64,000 nt of DNA from Raillietiella orientalis (Eukaryota). Below the pieces are notes generated by a model. That model saw nothing but the letters and a program-made list of their open reading frames with translations, searched no databases and was not told where the DNA came from. Within the stretch, counting starts at the first letter, position 1; each line of letters begins with the position of its first letter. The stretch spans positions 1,364,001 through 1,428,000 of the forward strand of contig JAYWIR010000020.1 of assembly GCA_036172245.1 (NCBI GenBank). The letters are read 5' to 3'. The position numbers and the translations under genes were made by a program. Shown one piece after another: positions 39,180 through 50,950 of this stretch.

Positions 39180-40150
39180 GAGCTGCGTTGCGCGCGGAAT
39201 CTCTAGGGAAATCCCGTGCGGATCAGCACCTGGCTCGCGCTCGTCTCTTCAGCCTTTGGCACGTGGCTGCCGGTTCCCGGTTCTTTCGGTTGCCCCCCGC
39301 TCCGCACCGGCCCTTCAAAAGAAACAGGAGGAAGAAATGTTCCCGGCTTGGAAGCTCCGGGAACAGCGCCCCAGTATCACCCCCCTCCCCTTCGGCGCGT
39401 TCAAGCGGTGCTGCTGCTCTCCGGCGGGCGCTTTGGAGGACTCCTGGGGCGACCTTCCGGATTGAACCAGAGGATGAAAGTGGAAAGTGGAGGGACTGGC
39501 TCGGGACGCGTCCCAGGATCAACTCCCCTGTTGTTCTCGCCCCCTTCTCTCCCAGCAGGCTCGGCCCTGCTTGCGGTTTCCACGGCCATGTCTGCCCCGG
39601 TCGTAGAAAGTCCTTGAATGGGTTCCGGCGAAAGTCCGTTGTCCTCCGAGTGGGGTCGCCAAGTCAGCTCACGCGCTGAGACAACTCCGGCGGGAGGGAG
39701 CGACGGTGTTCCTCCCGCCCCTCTCGCGACCCGGAGCCCAGGAAACGAGGGCAGAGGTGCCTCCCGCGAAGGGCCGCCGGGCTCTTGTAGCCGGGCGTCC
39801 TTTGCGCCAGCTGGAGTTCCCGGGTGCGGGGAGGAAACCGCCCGGGGTCAGCGGCGCTCTAGGTGGTCTGCCGCCCTTTTCCCAGGACGCCAGCGCAGTG
39901 GGGACCAGCCATTGCCTCGTTGTCCCGCGCGGGACTTCCAGGTTGAGCGGCAAACCGGGCCCTCTGGCTCAGCTGCCCCTGGTGTCTCCTGCGGACGCGC
40001 TTCTCCAAGGGGCGTGGCCCCCAACCCCGGGGCTGACGTTCCCCATGATCGGCCTGAGAGGGGCAGAACTCGTGGGGAAAAAGGGTGGGCACGCCCACTG
40101 CTTCCCTGAGTTCCCTGCTCGGGACGGGGTGTCCCCAGGCAATTCTGAAC
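39180..40150 (+). mobile_element. Decayed Ty3/gypsy-like RT-RNase H fragment
   Basis: Across frameshifts: HLARARLFSLWHVAAG (cf. L.GA..FS.LDL..G), PLPFGAF, then QDASAVG (cf. TDAS..G), in pol order and spacing. Confidence 0.5.
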
Positions 40151-41072
40151 TCTCCACTTCCTCGCGCCCTTCCTCCCAGAGCCTCCGCCTTGCGGAGCGC
40201 CGGCTGGTGGCAGCTCTGCTCGTCCGGTCTGGGATGCGCCCTAGGGAACCGTCGTCCTCATTGGCTGCTTCCCTTTCCCTCCCCTCCTTCTCCATGCGTC
40301 GGCGGCGGGGTCCGACCCCGGTTTGCTGCTGCCTTGGCTCAGTTCGCCCCGGGATCGGGGCGCGTCCGTGCCCTTGGGTTTCACTGCGGTCAGGTCTCCT
40401 CACTTTTCCCCCAGACGGGTCGGGGCACTTATTAAAAATTTAAGGAAACTCAAATTGTGATAGGACACGTGGTTCTACCACGCTCAATTTGTCCTTGGAC
40501 CTGCCGGTACGTGGACCGGCGAGGTTCCTCTCGGCAGCGAAGAGGGGGGAAAACAAAAGGAAAGAAAAGATAGTTCATGAAATAAAAAATACAAAAAGAA
40601 CGTGAAGACTGGGGAGAGTCACTGTCCTTTGGAAGGCGTCTTCTGCATCCTTTCCAGGATGTCGGCTAGGTCGGTCCTGATTATACCCAGGTGGGGCCAT
40701 CTTGCTGCTATCCGCAGAAAGCAAAGTGCATACCCTGAGGCGTCCCTTTCTTATGGTCCTCCTTCATCGTCGCTCCAGGCCGCCACAATACCGCGGATGC
40801 AGCAAAGAGCTGCTAAGGATGCGGCGGGCAGTGGGACGTCTCGTGTGAAGAGGAGCTTTATAGGGTCCTTGGGCCTGCTAACCGGGGTCCGTATGGTCAT
40901 TCGAAAAGATTCTCATGGAGGCCGGAGGGAAACAGTCTACAGGCAGGTGCACGAAGGACTCTCGTTCTCTGCACTTGCGACAGTTCGGGCTCGTTCTCCG
41001 CAGCGTCTAATGATGCCAGCGAAAGTTGCAGGGAAGACCCCAGTGGAACAGCAAAAGTGTCGACTCCTGCCA

Positions 41073-41279
41073 CTAAAGGGGAGGGTGCTGCTGTCCACGA
41101 ACTCTGATGACCACTTCAGGTTTTTTCTGCGAGTACCGAGCAGCTCGTCCCAGCGTTGTATTCCTCGTGGAGGGGCATTTGGGGCTGCAGCGTCGGTCGG
41201 CTGCCCCACAGTCCAAGCACTTATTTTCTTCTTCCTGCCTGCGATCTCTTAAAAGACTTCCCACTTCGCCGATTTGCAT
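41073..41279 (-). mobile_element. Possible decayed gag zinc-knuckle region
   Basis: NKCLDCGAADRRCSPKCP resembles CX2CX4HX4C with the His lost; it sits among other retroelement relics. Confidence 0.3.
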
Positions 41280-42299
41280 TCATTCGCCTCCCTGGAAGAG
41301 GGCAGCGTCCACGTGCTGATGCTGGAACTCTCCATCACCTTCCACAGCGAGCAGCGGGCGTAGATAACGAGACTCAGGCCGTTGCACCTCTCTGGGCCAG
41401 GCTCCTTCAACTTCGCCCACGTGTCAGCGGTTTCTTCTAGCTAGGCGCTAGAGTTGGCGGGGGAGTAGGTCATCCAGCAGTTCACCGCCATGGTGGCCAT
41501 GAGTCCAAAGAGGACTTTCCTTCCTTTCGACCGTAGTACAAAAGGTAAGACGCAAGTCCTTCGGTTCCGGCAACACGGCTGGCGAGGAGGTGTGCTGGAA
41601 CGCACCAGGAGCTCCCATACTTCGCTGCGATGACCAACGCCCCCCATCGCAGCTGGATATTCATCTGCCCCAGCGTCAGGGGGCCGAGGCCGCTGTTTCC
41701 TCTTCGGTCGGCTCGCGGCACGGTGGGTCTCTCCATGGCAGGGCAGGCTCTCCCCTCAGTTCCTCATGGATATGGGCGGCTTTCTCGTGACTTCCCCCTC
41801 ATCCAACCATCCCAAAGTGTCTGCCGAGGCGGCACTTGACTCCAGGAAATCGGTCTGGGATAATGGCGATTGTCCTTGACGTGCGACCCGTGCATGTGAC
41901 CCGAGTGTCGACTCCTAACTGTCGCTTGCGAACGTGGGGAGGCTCATTAAGGTCTTCCCTCGGACCGGTCATCCTTTGGAAGCCACGCTGGCGACCCCGT
42001 GGGGGACGGGTGGTCTCATGCTTGCGTGTGTAGCCACTGTGTGGCGGTCGTCGATCTCGGGGGGCAAAAGTGAAGCCGGTCATCCTTCGGTGGTGGCTCG
42101 CACGTTCCGGGCACTCCTCGGAGGCTGTTCGGCAGGTGCGCTGTGCTTCCTGCAGGCAGGTTCCTAACCTGGCATCACTGAACTTCAAAGGAGACCTCTG
42201 AGATTCCCGCGCCGCTTCGAATCTCTCGCGTCCAGAGTCCCAGGTACCTCCATAAGCTTCTCCGTGCTGACGAGCGAGTGCTTCGGGGGCACAGAACGG

Positions 42300-42900
42300 G
42301 TCTCGAGTGCTCCGCCGGGCGTTCCGCGGACGGGATGGCTCGCAGGCATCGTGGTGCGGAGTTTCGGTGCTTCGACAGGCAACCGCGACTTCTAGAGAGT
42401 GACCCGCAGCTTCTGTGACCCTGCCGCCGAGGAATGGGCTGCAGGAGGATGGGACGACGGCTCCTCCGATCTCTTCGCAGCTGACCTGCTAGATGCGCCG
42501 CCCGAAACGTCCCTTCTTGCTCCTCCCTCCCAGTTCTCGTTCTTTTTCGCTCCTGTTCCCGTGGGACACTCGGGTCGCACTTTGCAAAGATGGAGGAGGG
42601 GGGAAGGAATCTCTGCCCCTCGTCTGCAGCCGACCCTGCGACAGTGTCCGGCCGGCGAGGGGAAACACGAGAGTCGAGAAGGTGCAGCTTCCGGAAACAG
42701 ACCCGCGGAGAAATCCACCCTATCTGTCCCCCATCCACTTGGCTTCCGCTTCGGGCTCATCCTGGCGAACCCGCAGATGACTCCCGCCAGCCTGGTCGCT
42801 GCGACTGCTGCGGTCGCAGTACTCGCGGATGACATGGGTGTGTCTCTTGCGGCACCCGGTCAGCCAAAGGCGTCTCTTGCTGCCAGAGATCGGTGGCTCG
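42300..42900 (-). mobile_element. Decayed Ty3/gypsy-like RT fragment
   Basis: RLAGVICGFARMS ... RVDFSAGLF ... SCFPSPAGHC resembles R.C.DFR.LN ... KLDL..GF ... TAF.TP.GHY. Confidence 0.4.
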
Positions 42901-44599
42901 CTCCCTTGCGTCGAGGTCAGGACCATCCCGCTTGCAGCTTTGCTCACCACGCCTCTTGGGATTTTCTCTGGAGCTCCTGTTACTTCTTCGGTGTTCTCGC
43001 CGGGACGCTTGGGGTCCCGCCCGCTTCCTTCGCTACGCTTCCTGGAGACAGAACTTTTCGGGGTTGCACGCATCCCATCGCGGCGCAATCTGGAGCCGTG
43101 ACAAGCGAAGAGATGGGCGGAGCCTCTCTTAAAGGAGAGAAAAAACTGGGAAGAGAGAAAGGGAAGCCCTCCCCCTCCACACACAAAAAAGATCGGGGAG
43201 GTTCGAGTGGCATCCTCCCATCCTCAGTCCAAAGCCGGGGAACTCTTCAGATGCTGCGGATTTGCGCATCGCATACTCGCTTGCTTTCGGCAAGGCTGCG
43301 CTTCCGATGTCAGATAAGAGCATTGTCCGTCCCTCATCCTCTTCGCTTGACGACGCAGAAATTGACCCTGAATTAGTGGCATGTCCGGCCGGTGACCAGC
43401 GTGACCCCGTTTGGTCTTCGGTTGCGGAAGCTTTACTCTCATGGTCGAGCCCCCTTAGTCTGGGCAACCGGCGGACGGGCACGTCCTCCTCCTCCCGGAC
43501 CGATGTAGATCAGAGCAGATTTCGAACCGAGCTCACTCGTCTTCCCGATCTTCGCCTCCGGGCACGTGGGTCACGTGCGGAGCAGACTGTCGTCCACGCT
43601 GTGGTTCCTCTCCTCGGCACCTCATCCGGGCAGTCTCCTGCTCCCTTCTTTTTCCGTGAGACTCGATGGAAGTCATTAAAGGGAAAGTGCGAGTCTGTCG
43701 CTCTGGACCCGAATGGGGTCATCGATTGAAACATCCTGCTGGATAGGCGTGGGGAAGCAGCCTCTCATCTGGGATCAGCTCGCCGCGAGTCGTTCCCGGC
43801 GGTCGAGGACCCGCTCCGGAGACTGCCGGCCAAGTGGAAATCTGCAAGCAAGTTTCCCTGCTTTTGCCCCACCTAGTTCCTCTTCTACCCCTGTGCTTAC
43901 ACGGGTCCTGCGAAACAGTGTGTGCAGCAGAGGAGCTCCCGCATCACACCTAGGGTTCGCACCCTTACCGTCATCGAGCTCGGTCGAACGGGCGTGGCAA
44001 GGGTCACGTGATCGGACGGAACAAGGGCTCCCTGGCTGCTTTCAAGGAACCCTGTACCCCAGGAATTCTAAAGGGCTGTTCTAAGAATGTGATCCATTTG
44101 AAGCAGTTGGAGGAGAGGGGGAAGAGGGACCAGTGAAAAGAGCGAGGGGTGGTGTGTCCACCAGTTTCCTCAGCCTCCGCTCTATCGCACCTCGCATCAT
44201 CCTCATGCTTCTTCATTAGCAGCATCTGGTCACTCGGAATTGAACCTCGCATTCAGGAGATCCGCCTTTCCCATGCGGCAGGGTCGGAGGGCATGCCTAC
44301 AGGTGGCCACTAGAGTGGTTTGAGCCTGCTGTTCGCGTTGCAATGCTGAGTTTCCGCGGCGCGACCTCAGCTCTGGCGTTCTGCCTCGAACGTCCAGGTG
44401 GGCGTTCGTCTTCGAGTTTCCAAACCAGCGCCCCCGTGTTCCGCCACCTCCCAGCTGCCGCCTCCTCAGATTGCTGCATGACGCATCCCGAGAGAGGTTT
44501 GGCGGCGGGTAACCCCAGAATCGCTCATCGGAAAGCTCACTCTAAAAATAAACAGACGAAGCAACCACACGTTGCTTGGAAACGCACGGGAAGGAGGAA

Positions 44600-45000
44600 A
44601 GGAGCAAATTCCATCGTCTCCACCATCCGAGGACTGTTGGCATCCACTGAAGCACACTCAAGAGCTGCTCTCATTGAGCTCTTCTCTTCTTCGGCACACC
44701 TTCAGCATCTCACTGCAGTGTTGGCGATCTGGCCGGCGGCAGTCCTAAGCAAACCCTTCCCCCGAAACCTTCATCGTCCTGCCACGACCGAGATCGGAGC
44801 GTGGGGACGCCCCTGCTCCGGAGGTTGGGTGCAAGCCAGACGTCTGGCCGCCTTCCACCATTGCAGCCGGTTGCTTCGGAAAATGCGTCTTTCCAACTAC
44901 TCTTAGTGTACTTCGAATACCCGCGGTCGCCGTCCTGCTGTCCATAGCAACCAGCGCCCCGATCACGTTCCGTGACCCAACGTTGCTTGGTTCATCGCCC
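44600..45000 (+). mobile_element. Decayed retrotransposon RT-connection/RNase H fragment
   Basis: AVLSKPF...TTEIGAW...VQ...AAFHHCSRLLRKMRLSNYS resembles PVL..PF...DAS..GIGA.L.Q...VAY.SR.L...E.NYS. Confidence 0.45.
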
Positions 45001-45904
45001 CTCAGCGTCAGTTCTGCCTGCAAGAATGTGTCCACTGGACACTCACGGATCCTGCAGGGTACTCCAAAGTTCGAGAACGCCGGACTTCAAGTCCACCTAA
45101 ATTTCGAGAATAGGTTAAGGTTCACCTTCAAGCTTCGTCTTCACGGTCATTCCTTTACCAAATCTGCTCATCGTATCTCTTGGGCGAACGCTAGACCCAT
45201 CCTAGGAGGAAAAAATGGGGAGTGGAACCAGCTAGAAGATGGTTTGGATTCCTCCTTCGCTCGCCCCTGTCCCCCCTTTTCGTACCTAGCACTTATGCAC
45301 TGATCAGGGTTGCTGCAAACCTCGACTGAAGCGCTCTCTGACGTCCTCCGGGCCAAGCACAGCTCACCTCAGAGCTCCGATCCCTCGAGTTCTCCCCGGA
45401 GGCCAGAAATCCGCTACGGACGGACTGTTCACGTGAGAAACCGATCGGAACCACCAGCAGCACTCACAGGCAGCCAGGATCCATCGGATTGCTGGGACCT
45501 CGGAGCAGTCCCAGAGAAGTCTCGAGTCTCGCTCCTGGACGTCTGTTGTCTCGGCGTCCCTTTGCGCGCACGGAGTGTGGAGTGCGCACGAGAGGTTGCG
45601 CACGGAGGCAGGATGACAGAATGGCCACCAGTAGCAGCAGCAGATGGAACGCGTCCTCGTGGTGACTCCGAACTGATTATTATCACCCGGTTATGCCGGA
45701 GCATACGCCTAACTGAAAATGGAAATCCTTTCGGGTTCTTTTCTGTCCTTAGCTGTTTTCCTTTCAGCTTTTTTGGGTTCTCTGAGTGCCTCAAGAGCCG
45801 TCGTGCGCCTGGCAGCTCACGTAGCTCTTTGACACTGTTCCATGCCACCCTAAGGTGCGTGTAATTCTTCAAGATAGGGGGTACCCGACACGGAGCCACC
45901 CTAT

Positions 45905-46330
45905 GAATCCAGGAGAGGCTCTGGAGAAGGGAGGTCATTTCTCTCAGCCCTGGTGAGGGATCCTGGAAGGGAAACTTCCACCCTGGTGGTCTTCAAAGGA
46001 AAACTCGAAGAGAATCTCCTTCTTTATTCTTTCCGGAGGGACCGCTGAAGGGGTCTGCTCCATTTTTTCTTCTGGGCGGAGGGAACCCGCAAGGGAACCG
46101 CTTTTGGTTTCCCCTCTGAAGAGAATCCCGAAGGAACGCTTCCGAATTTTCTCTGAAGGGAGCGGCGTGTTTGTTTGCACTCTTGAGGGGTATCATCAAT
46201 CCACCAGCTCCATGGTACGGAAGGTCCCTCCCGAAGGTAGGGATTCACTCCTTTGCACAGCTGGAAGGGAACCCGGTTTCCTGATTCTGTTTCCTGGAAG
46301 GACCCCAGAGGGTCGACTCTCAATTCCGGC
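45905..46330 (+). repeat. ~430-bp dispersed repeat, copy 1, with internal ~38-41-nt subrepeats
   Basis: Collinear similarity to 58430-58830, e.g. GGGAACCCGCAAGGGAACCGCT...CTGAAGAGAATCCCGAAGGAACGCTT...ACCAGCTCCATGGTA...TTCCTGGAAGGACCCC...AGGGTC. Confidence 0.85.
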
Positions 46331-46404
46331 CACTCATCGGGGGCATCCGGCTGGAACCGCTACCAGTGCCGCACCCGAATAGAAGCCAACCAGCATCATC
46401 TTGC

Positions 46405-46524
46405 AGGAGGAACTCGAGCCCACGCCGCACTCCCACCCCTTGGCGTCGATTCTTTCCTAGTATTCGAACCCGCAACGCTTGTGCCATGCGTGGAGACCGT
46501 GACCACATGGCCTCCGACACGGGC
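46405..46524 (-). mobile_element. tRNA-like (SINE-type) head, copy 1
   Basis: Minus strand GCCCGTGTCGGAGGCCATGTGGTCACGGTCTCCACGCATGGCACAAGCGTTGCGGGTTCGAATAC contains a Pol III B-box-like motif and aligns with 48270-48389. Confidence 0.6.
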
Positions 46525-46879
46525 AAAGGCGTTGGCTTGGGACTGGAGTGCCGACGGGACAGGGAGGGAGCGTGGACCGGAGATTCTGCACCTAGTCAGC
46601 CTCGTTCGAGATCCGCGTGTTGCGACCGCGTCCAGGTCTTCCACCGACCGTTTCGAGGGTCCGCAGCGAGCCTGCCGTACCAAAAGAACCTCCTCCTCAC
46701 TTTTTAGATGGAATTGGAAAAAAAAAAAAGACATCGACGTGAGTTCCACTGAGGCTGCAAACGTCCCCTGGAGCAAAACCATTCGATTTGCGTTTCAATA
46801 AAGCGGATCGCGGTTCCCTTGGCTTTGGTCCCCAAAGCTAAAAGAGGTGTAAAAAAACTAGCAACAGCAGCACCGACAA

Positions 46880-48210
46880 CAAAAAAACACGAAATAAAAA
46901 CAAAGAATGCGAAAAAATAGCGCTGTGCTGAAGGCCTTTGAGTGCCCGTCGGAGTTCCAGGAAGTGCAGCAACAAAAAAAAGAAACTATCAGTTTCCTGG
47001 TACGTAATCGGAAGAAGCTGCTCTTCTTTACGGATAATCCGCGTGGCTCATGCTTCCTGAAACTGGTTGAAGATTGCGAAGATGGATGGACGGAGGGGAA
47101 GGGCAGTCTTGGGTTCGGCAATGCAGGAATTCTTAACGAATCCATCAAATCTTTCGGAACGAGCTATGGAAAGCACGAAACGCAAGGCTGCCATCGTTAC
47201 GCAGAAAATTCTTCCCGCCGTCGCCGGCATTTCAGATGCGAAATAAACCAAAGAAGCGAAAAGAGAGCGAGGTCTTTATCCAGGCCTTCAGGCCTTCTAT
47301 CAGGCCAAGGGAAATGCTGTTAAGTGTCCATCGAGCAACGATCGCACTGAGTCCAGAAAGGCGAGCGCGAGGAATGGAGATCTCGAGCACTTTGAGAAAG
47401 TTCGACCGAGCAGAGCTGTAATTTCCGTTTCCTCCAATCCACGACAATCTAAGAACGAAAGAACATCAATCTACCACCAAGTTCATATCTTCCGAATTGC
47501 AGCATCCCGCGGGCAATTTCGAAACAGATGCAAGAAACGGGAGGAGAGGCAACCTTATTGTCTTGTTTGTTGGTTTCTCTTTCTCTCTCTTTCCTTTTCG
47601 ACGGCAGAGTCCTTGCGGGATCAAGGGAGGTAGCCCAAAGTGTGGCAGAAACAGCATCTCTCTCGGTCTTGCATGGGGAGAGAAATTCGATAAAATGTCT
47701 TGTTTGATGAGCGATTTCAAGATGGGTTTCAGGTCATGGGAACTTCCTTGAGGAACACGCGAAGAGTGCACGAGCAACACGGCGCGAGGCGCTCCTTCAC
47801 AAGGACGCCTCGTCTAAGCAAGAGGTGTAATAAAAAGTGACGAAAGCGAAGGTGGCTTATCGGAATCTCAGGTTGGTATGGGAAACGGTCGTTCAGGAGA
47901 GGCATCTGGGAAACATGGCTCGCTCACCTTGAGTTCCAAATCATCAGGCCGAATCAAGGCAGGGATGCTGAGGAATGGCACGCCGTCGGATATCAATGTT
48001 GAGCGACAATGCTGCTAAATCCTGACCACTGACTCTTTCCGGGAAAGTTCCCATGGCTCTGCTTTCCTGCCATGCATGGGAATCGGTGGTTTCAAATTCA
48101 TTGCTGATGTCCTCCGTGGATGTTTTCCGACCTGATTTCTGCTTCAGGGAGAGCACTTTCTCCGCAGTTTCCTGCGGTCCCAGGCAGATTTCTTCTAGAA
48201 AGCAGCCCAT
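46880..48210 (-). mobile_element. Decayed Ty3/gypsy gag-protease-(RT start) segment
   Basis: AEKVLSLKQKSGRKTSTEDISNEFE...AWQESRAMGTF resembles the Retrotrans_gag pattern (L..L.Q...SV.DY...F....W...AL...F). It is followed by KSLIKQDILSNFS (cf. protease ALIDSGA..NFIS). Confidence 0.5.
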
Positions 48211-48269
48211 TTTTCTCTCTAGGAAGGAGCTGCAACACTACGGTGTTCAATTTGTGGGGGGAAGGGGGA

Positions 48270-48389
48270 ATGAAAGATTCGAATCCCATGACGCACCCAT
48301 TTCTCAGCCGATCATTCCACGTAGGGATTCGAACTCGCAACGCTTGGTACCAAGCGCGGAGACCGTGGTCACAGGCCACCAACTCGGGC
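48270..48389 (-). mobile_element. tRNA-like (SINE-type) head, copy 2
   Basis: Minus strand GCCCGAGTTGGTGGCCTGTGACCACGGTCTCCGCGCTTGGTACCAAGCGTTGCGAGTTCGAATCCC has B-box GTTCGAATCC and an internal palindrome CGCTTGGTACCAAGCG. Confidence 0.6.
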
Positions 48390-50299
48390 CACACCCTTTC
48401 TTCCTCCCATCGGCACTGCGGTGTTTATATCCCGTTCTTCCCCCCACCGGATGCCTAGGAGGACGGATAAGAATCCACGTCTCTCCACGGAAGGCATGCC
48501 TGGGGGAAGCTGAATGTCTGCAAGCCGCACACCTCCAGTACGGCAAAGGATCCGCAGAACGCTCACTCTGCTTCTCTTGTGCTTGCAGCATGGCTCACCG
48601 TCTTTGTAACTGCTGATGCGACTTCCAGGTACTGTAAAAACATCCAGTGACCAGCGGAAAAGATCTGGGGCTGCAGCCTGAATCCGGCATCGGTGCTCAC
48701 ACCGTTCTCGCTTCACAGGAAGGAAAACGAAGTACGGTTTTTCGACCTACTCATTCCCATCGGAGCACCCACTGTGCAAGCAAGCAAACGGTGAGGTTCC
48801 TGCTTGGCAGGAAATCAAGATTCCAGTGACTCACGTTCAGTAGAGGAACGCTGGTGACGGGACTGCGAGTGCCCCATCCTTCTGGAGCCTTAGGACGACA
48901 GGGGAGATTGAGCGCTTTGTGAATTCCTCAGCGAGAGGAGCAGCCACTGATCGTCTCGGGCAACTCACGATGTCGGCTGATGCGTTGTTCTCGTAGATGC
49001 ATTCCGCTAAAAGGAGGCTGCGATGCTTCCGCTCCTTACAGCTTCCGCATGGTCGCACGTTCTAAAATGAGGTTATGATTGATCTGCATTTCAAGATTGG
49101 CAGGGTCTTCGGCAAAGAAAAAGTAAAGAAAGGATGAAGAGCGGAATGGATCGGGAACGCGAGGAAGCGAGCGAGGGGCAGTGAAAAGAGAGCGGCTGAA
49201 GTAGAAATAGCGCTCAGCTTCCGTGGCTGCTCCCTGATTAGAGATTATCGACCTCTCTTTGTCAGAAGCTTGTCCTTATCCTAATCTTTTCCGACGCAAC
49301 TCGTTTCCCAAGAGCCCCGCGGCATCTGTTTCCTCATTCATCGGAGCTTTACCCACCCTTCACTACAGGGACGAGGAAGTTTCCTGGGACGGAAGACGAA
49401 ACCTCCCCGGTCTGTGGCGGTTTCCATGGTTTACGACCTTTGAATCTGAATGCAGGCTTCTTTCCTGCTAGAATTCCTTCTTCAGAAGGCACTCGCCCCT
49501 CGGCGTGCCTCGGATGCGCTAAAAGGCATGCGCAGAAGATCTTATTTCTTTGCCCCCTCGACCCCACCGGACTCTTCCGACTCTCGGTTTGCATCCCTCC
49601 TTTCCTTCCTGTTCCTGGCTCGCATCGCAAGGAGCACCGCACCTCCACAAGGTATTTGCAAATCTTGTTTGCTTTCGAGGTTGCTCCAGCCTTTTGAAGT
49701 CGCCGCGGAGTACCACGCGGTCGGCCAAGTTCGCTGCTCTCCCGGGGTGCCGTGGGTATCCTTTTCTTTTCTTCCAAGAAGGCGTCAACCGCGGAAATGG
49801 CGTGTCACCTTGCTAAGACTGCCAGAAGAGTTCTGCGTGGCTGCACGTTTCCGCATCCGATACTCTCGTTCTGCGCCAGTGTTGGTCTCACGGCTTCATC
49901 ATGGCCTTGCGCAAGGAGGGAGGCCTTCCCAGCCACTCCGTGCGCCTTTCACCATTCCGACTCGCGGGTGAGTTCTGCGGCTGCCTTCCTCCCCGAGCGC
50001 TCGTTCCCTGCCCGAAGAGGAAAAGCGCCTGCTGCTTTCTTTGCGACCTTTTGGTCCTCAGGCCGTATCTTGCCTGGCGCGGCATTTCCGACGCTCAGAG
50101 CATCACCGCAGGGAACTTTCACCCGTCAACGAACAAAAATTTTCCAACCTTCCCCAGGATCGGGGCGCATTCCAGAGAATCATTTCTTCCTTGTTCATGT
50201 GATCGATTTCCAGTGTCTGGATTCCTGGAGCAGGAAGGCAGGGAGAGTTGGCGAACGGCTGCTTCCGTGATCTCCTGGAATCTGCGGATCGCCGCTCCG

Positions 50300-50950
50300 A
50301 GTTTGCCGGGACTCTCTGCTTCCTTCTCTACGACACTGCGACCGTCTCCTGACCACGCGTCTTTACCACGCTCCAGAGTTCACGCCAGACCCGAACTCGA
50401 GGACGATGCGGAGCATTCCCGCGCATGTTCTTCCGCCATCAAAATTCAGCTTCTTCTCTCCGGGGTTTTCTTTTCCCCATCCTTTCCTCAACCACTCACT
50501 TCCTCCGAGTCGGAAGGCTTCCCTTTTATCCGTGCTCCTCTCGTTCGTTCCTCTATCGGCTCTTCCGGAGCATGAAGTCCATCGGTGAACGGAAGAGGAG
50601 CGCCTGCATCCCGGAACGGATGACCACGGCCTCGGCACGCAGCGCGCGCTGCTTTGTCCAACCTCCGGTGCGACTGCTCCCCTCCCAGATCCTCACCGTC
50701 TTTCGGGTTTCCACTCGATTTCTTGTGCCTCAGAAGCCATGTAGGGCCATCCATTGCTCCTCATTTGGCTGCTGCATAGTGATAGTCGGCCATGTGTTGG
50801 AATCCATTGGGTGGCGAAGAGAGGCCAACAGCCAGCAGCAGCCCTCATGAGGACAGCAGCAAGGTATTCTCAACTGCCAGAATTCGCCAGGAAGATCACC
50901 ACCATCTAGAGTCTCTTCTAAAAAAAAGGAACGTCTCATACCAAAGATCT
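50300..50950 (-). mobile_element. Decayed RT fragment
   Basis: DLPGEFWQLRI followed, after a frameshift, by GLSSPPNGFQHMAD, resembling DL..GFWQI.. and GL.NAP..FQR.MD. Confidence 0.55.

Noticed and set aside
48309..48389. Functional tRNA gene
   Set aside because: A B-box is present but I could not form an acceptor stem or a proper D-arm; treated as SINE-like.
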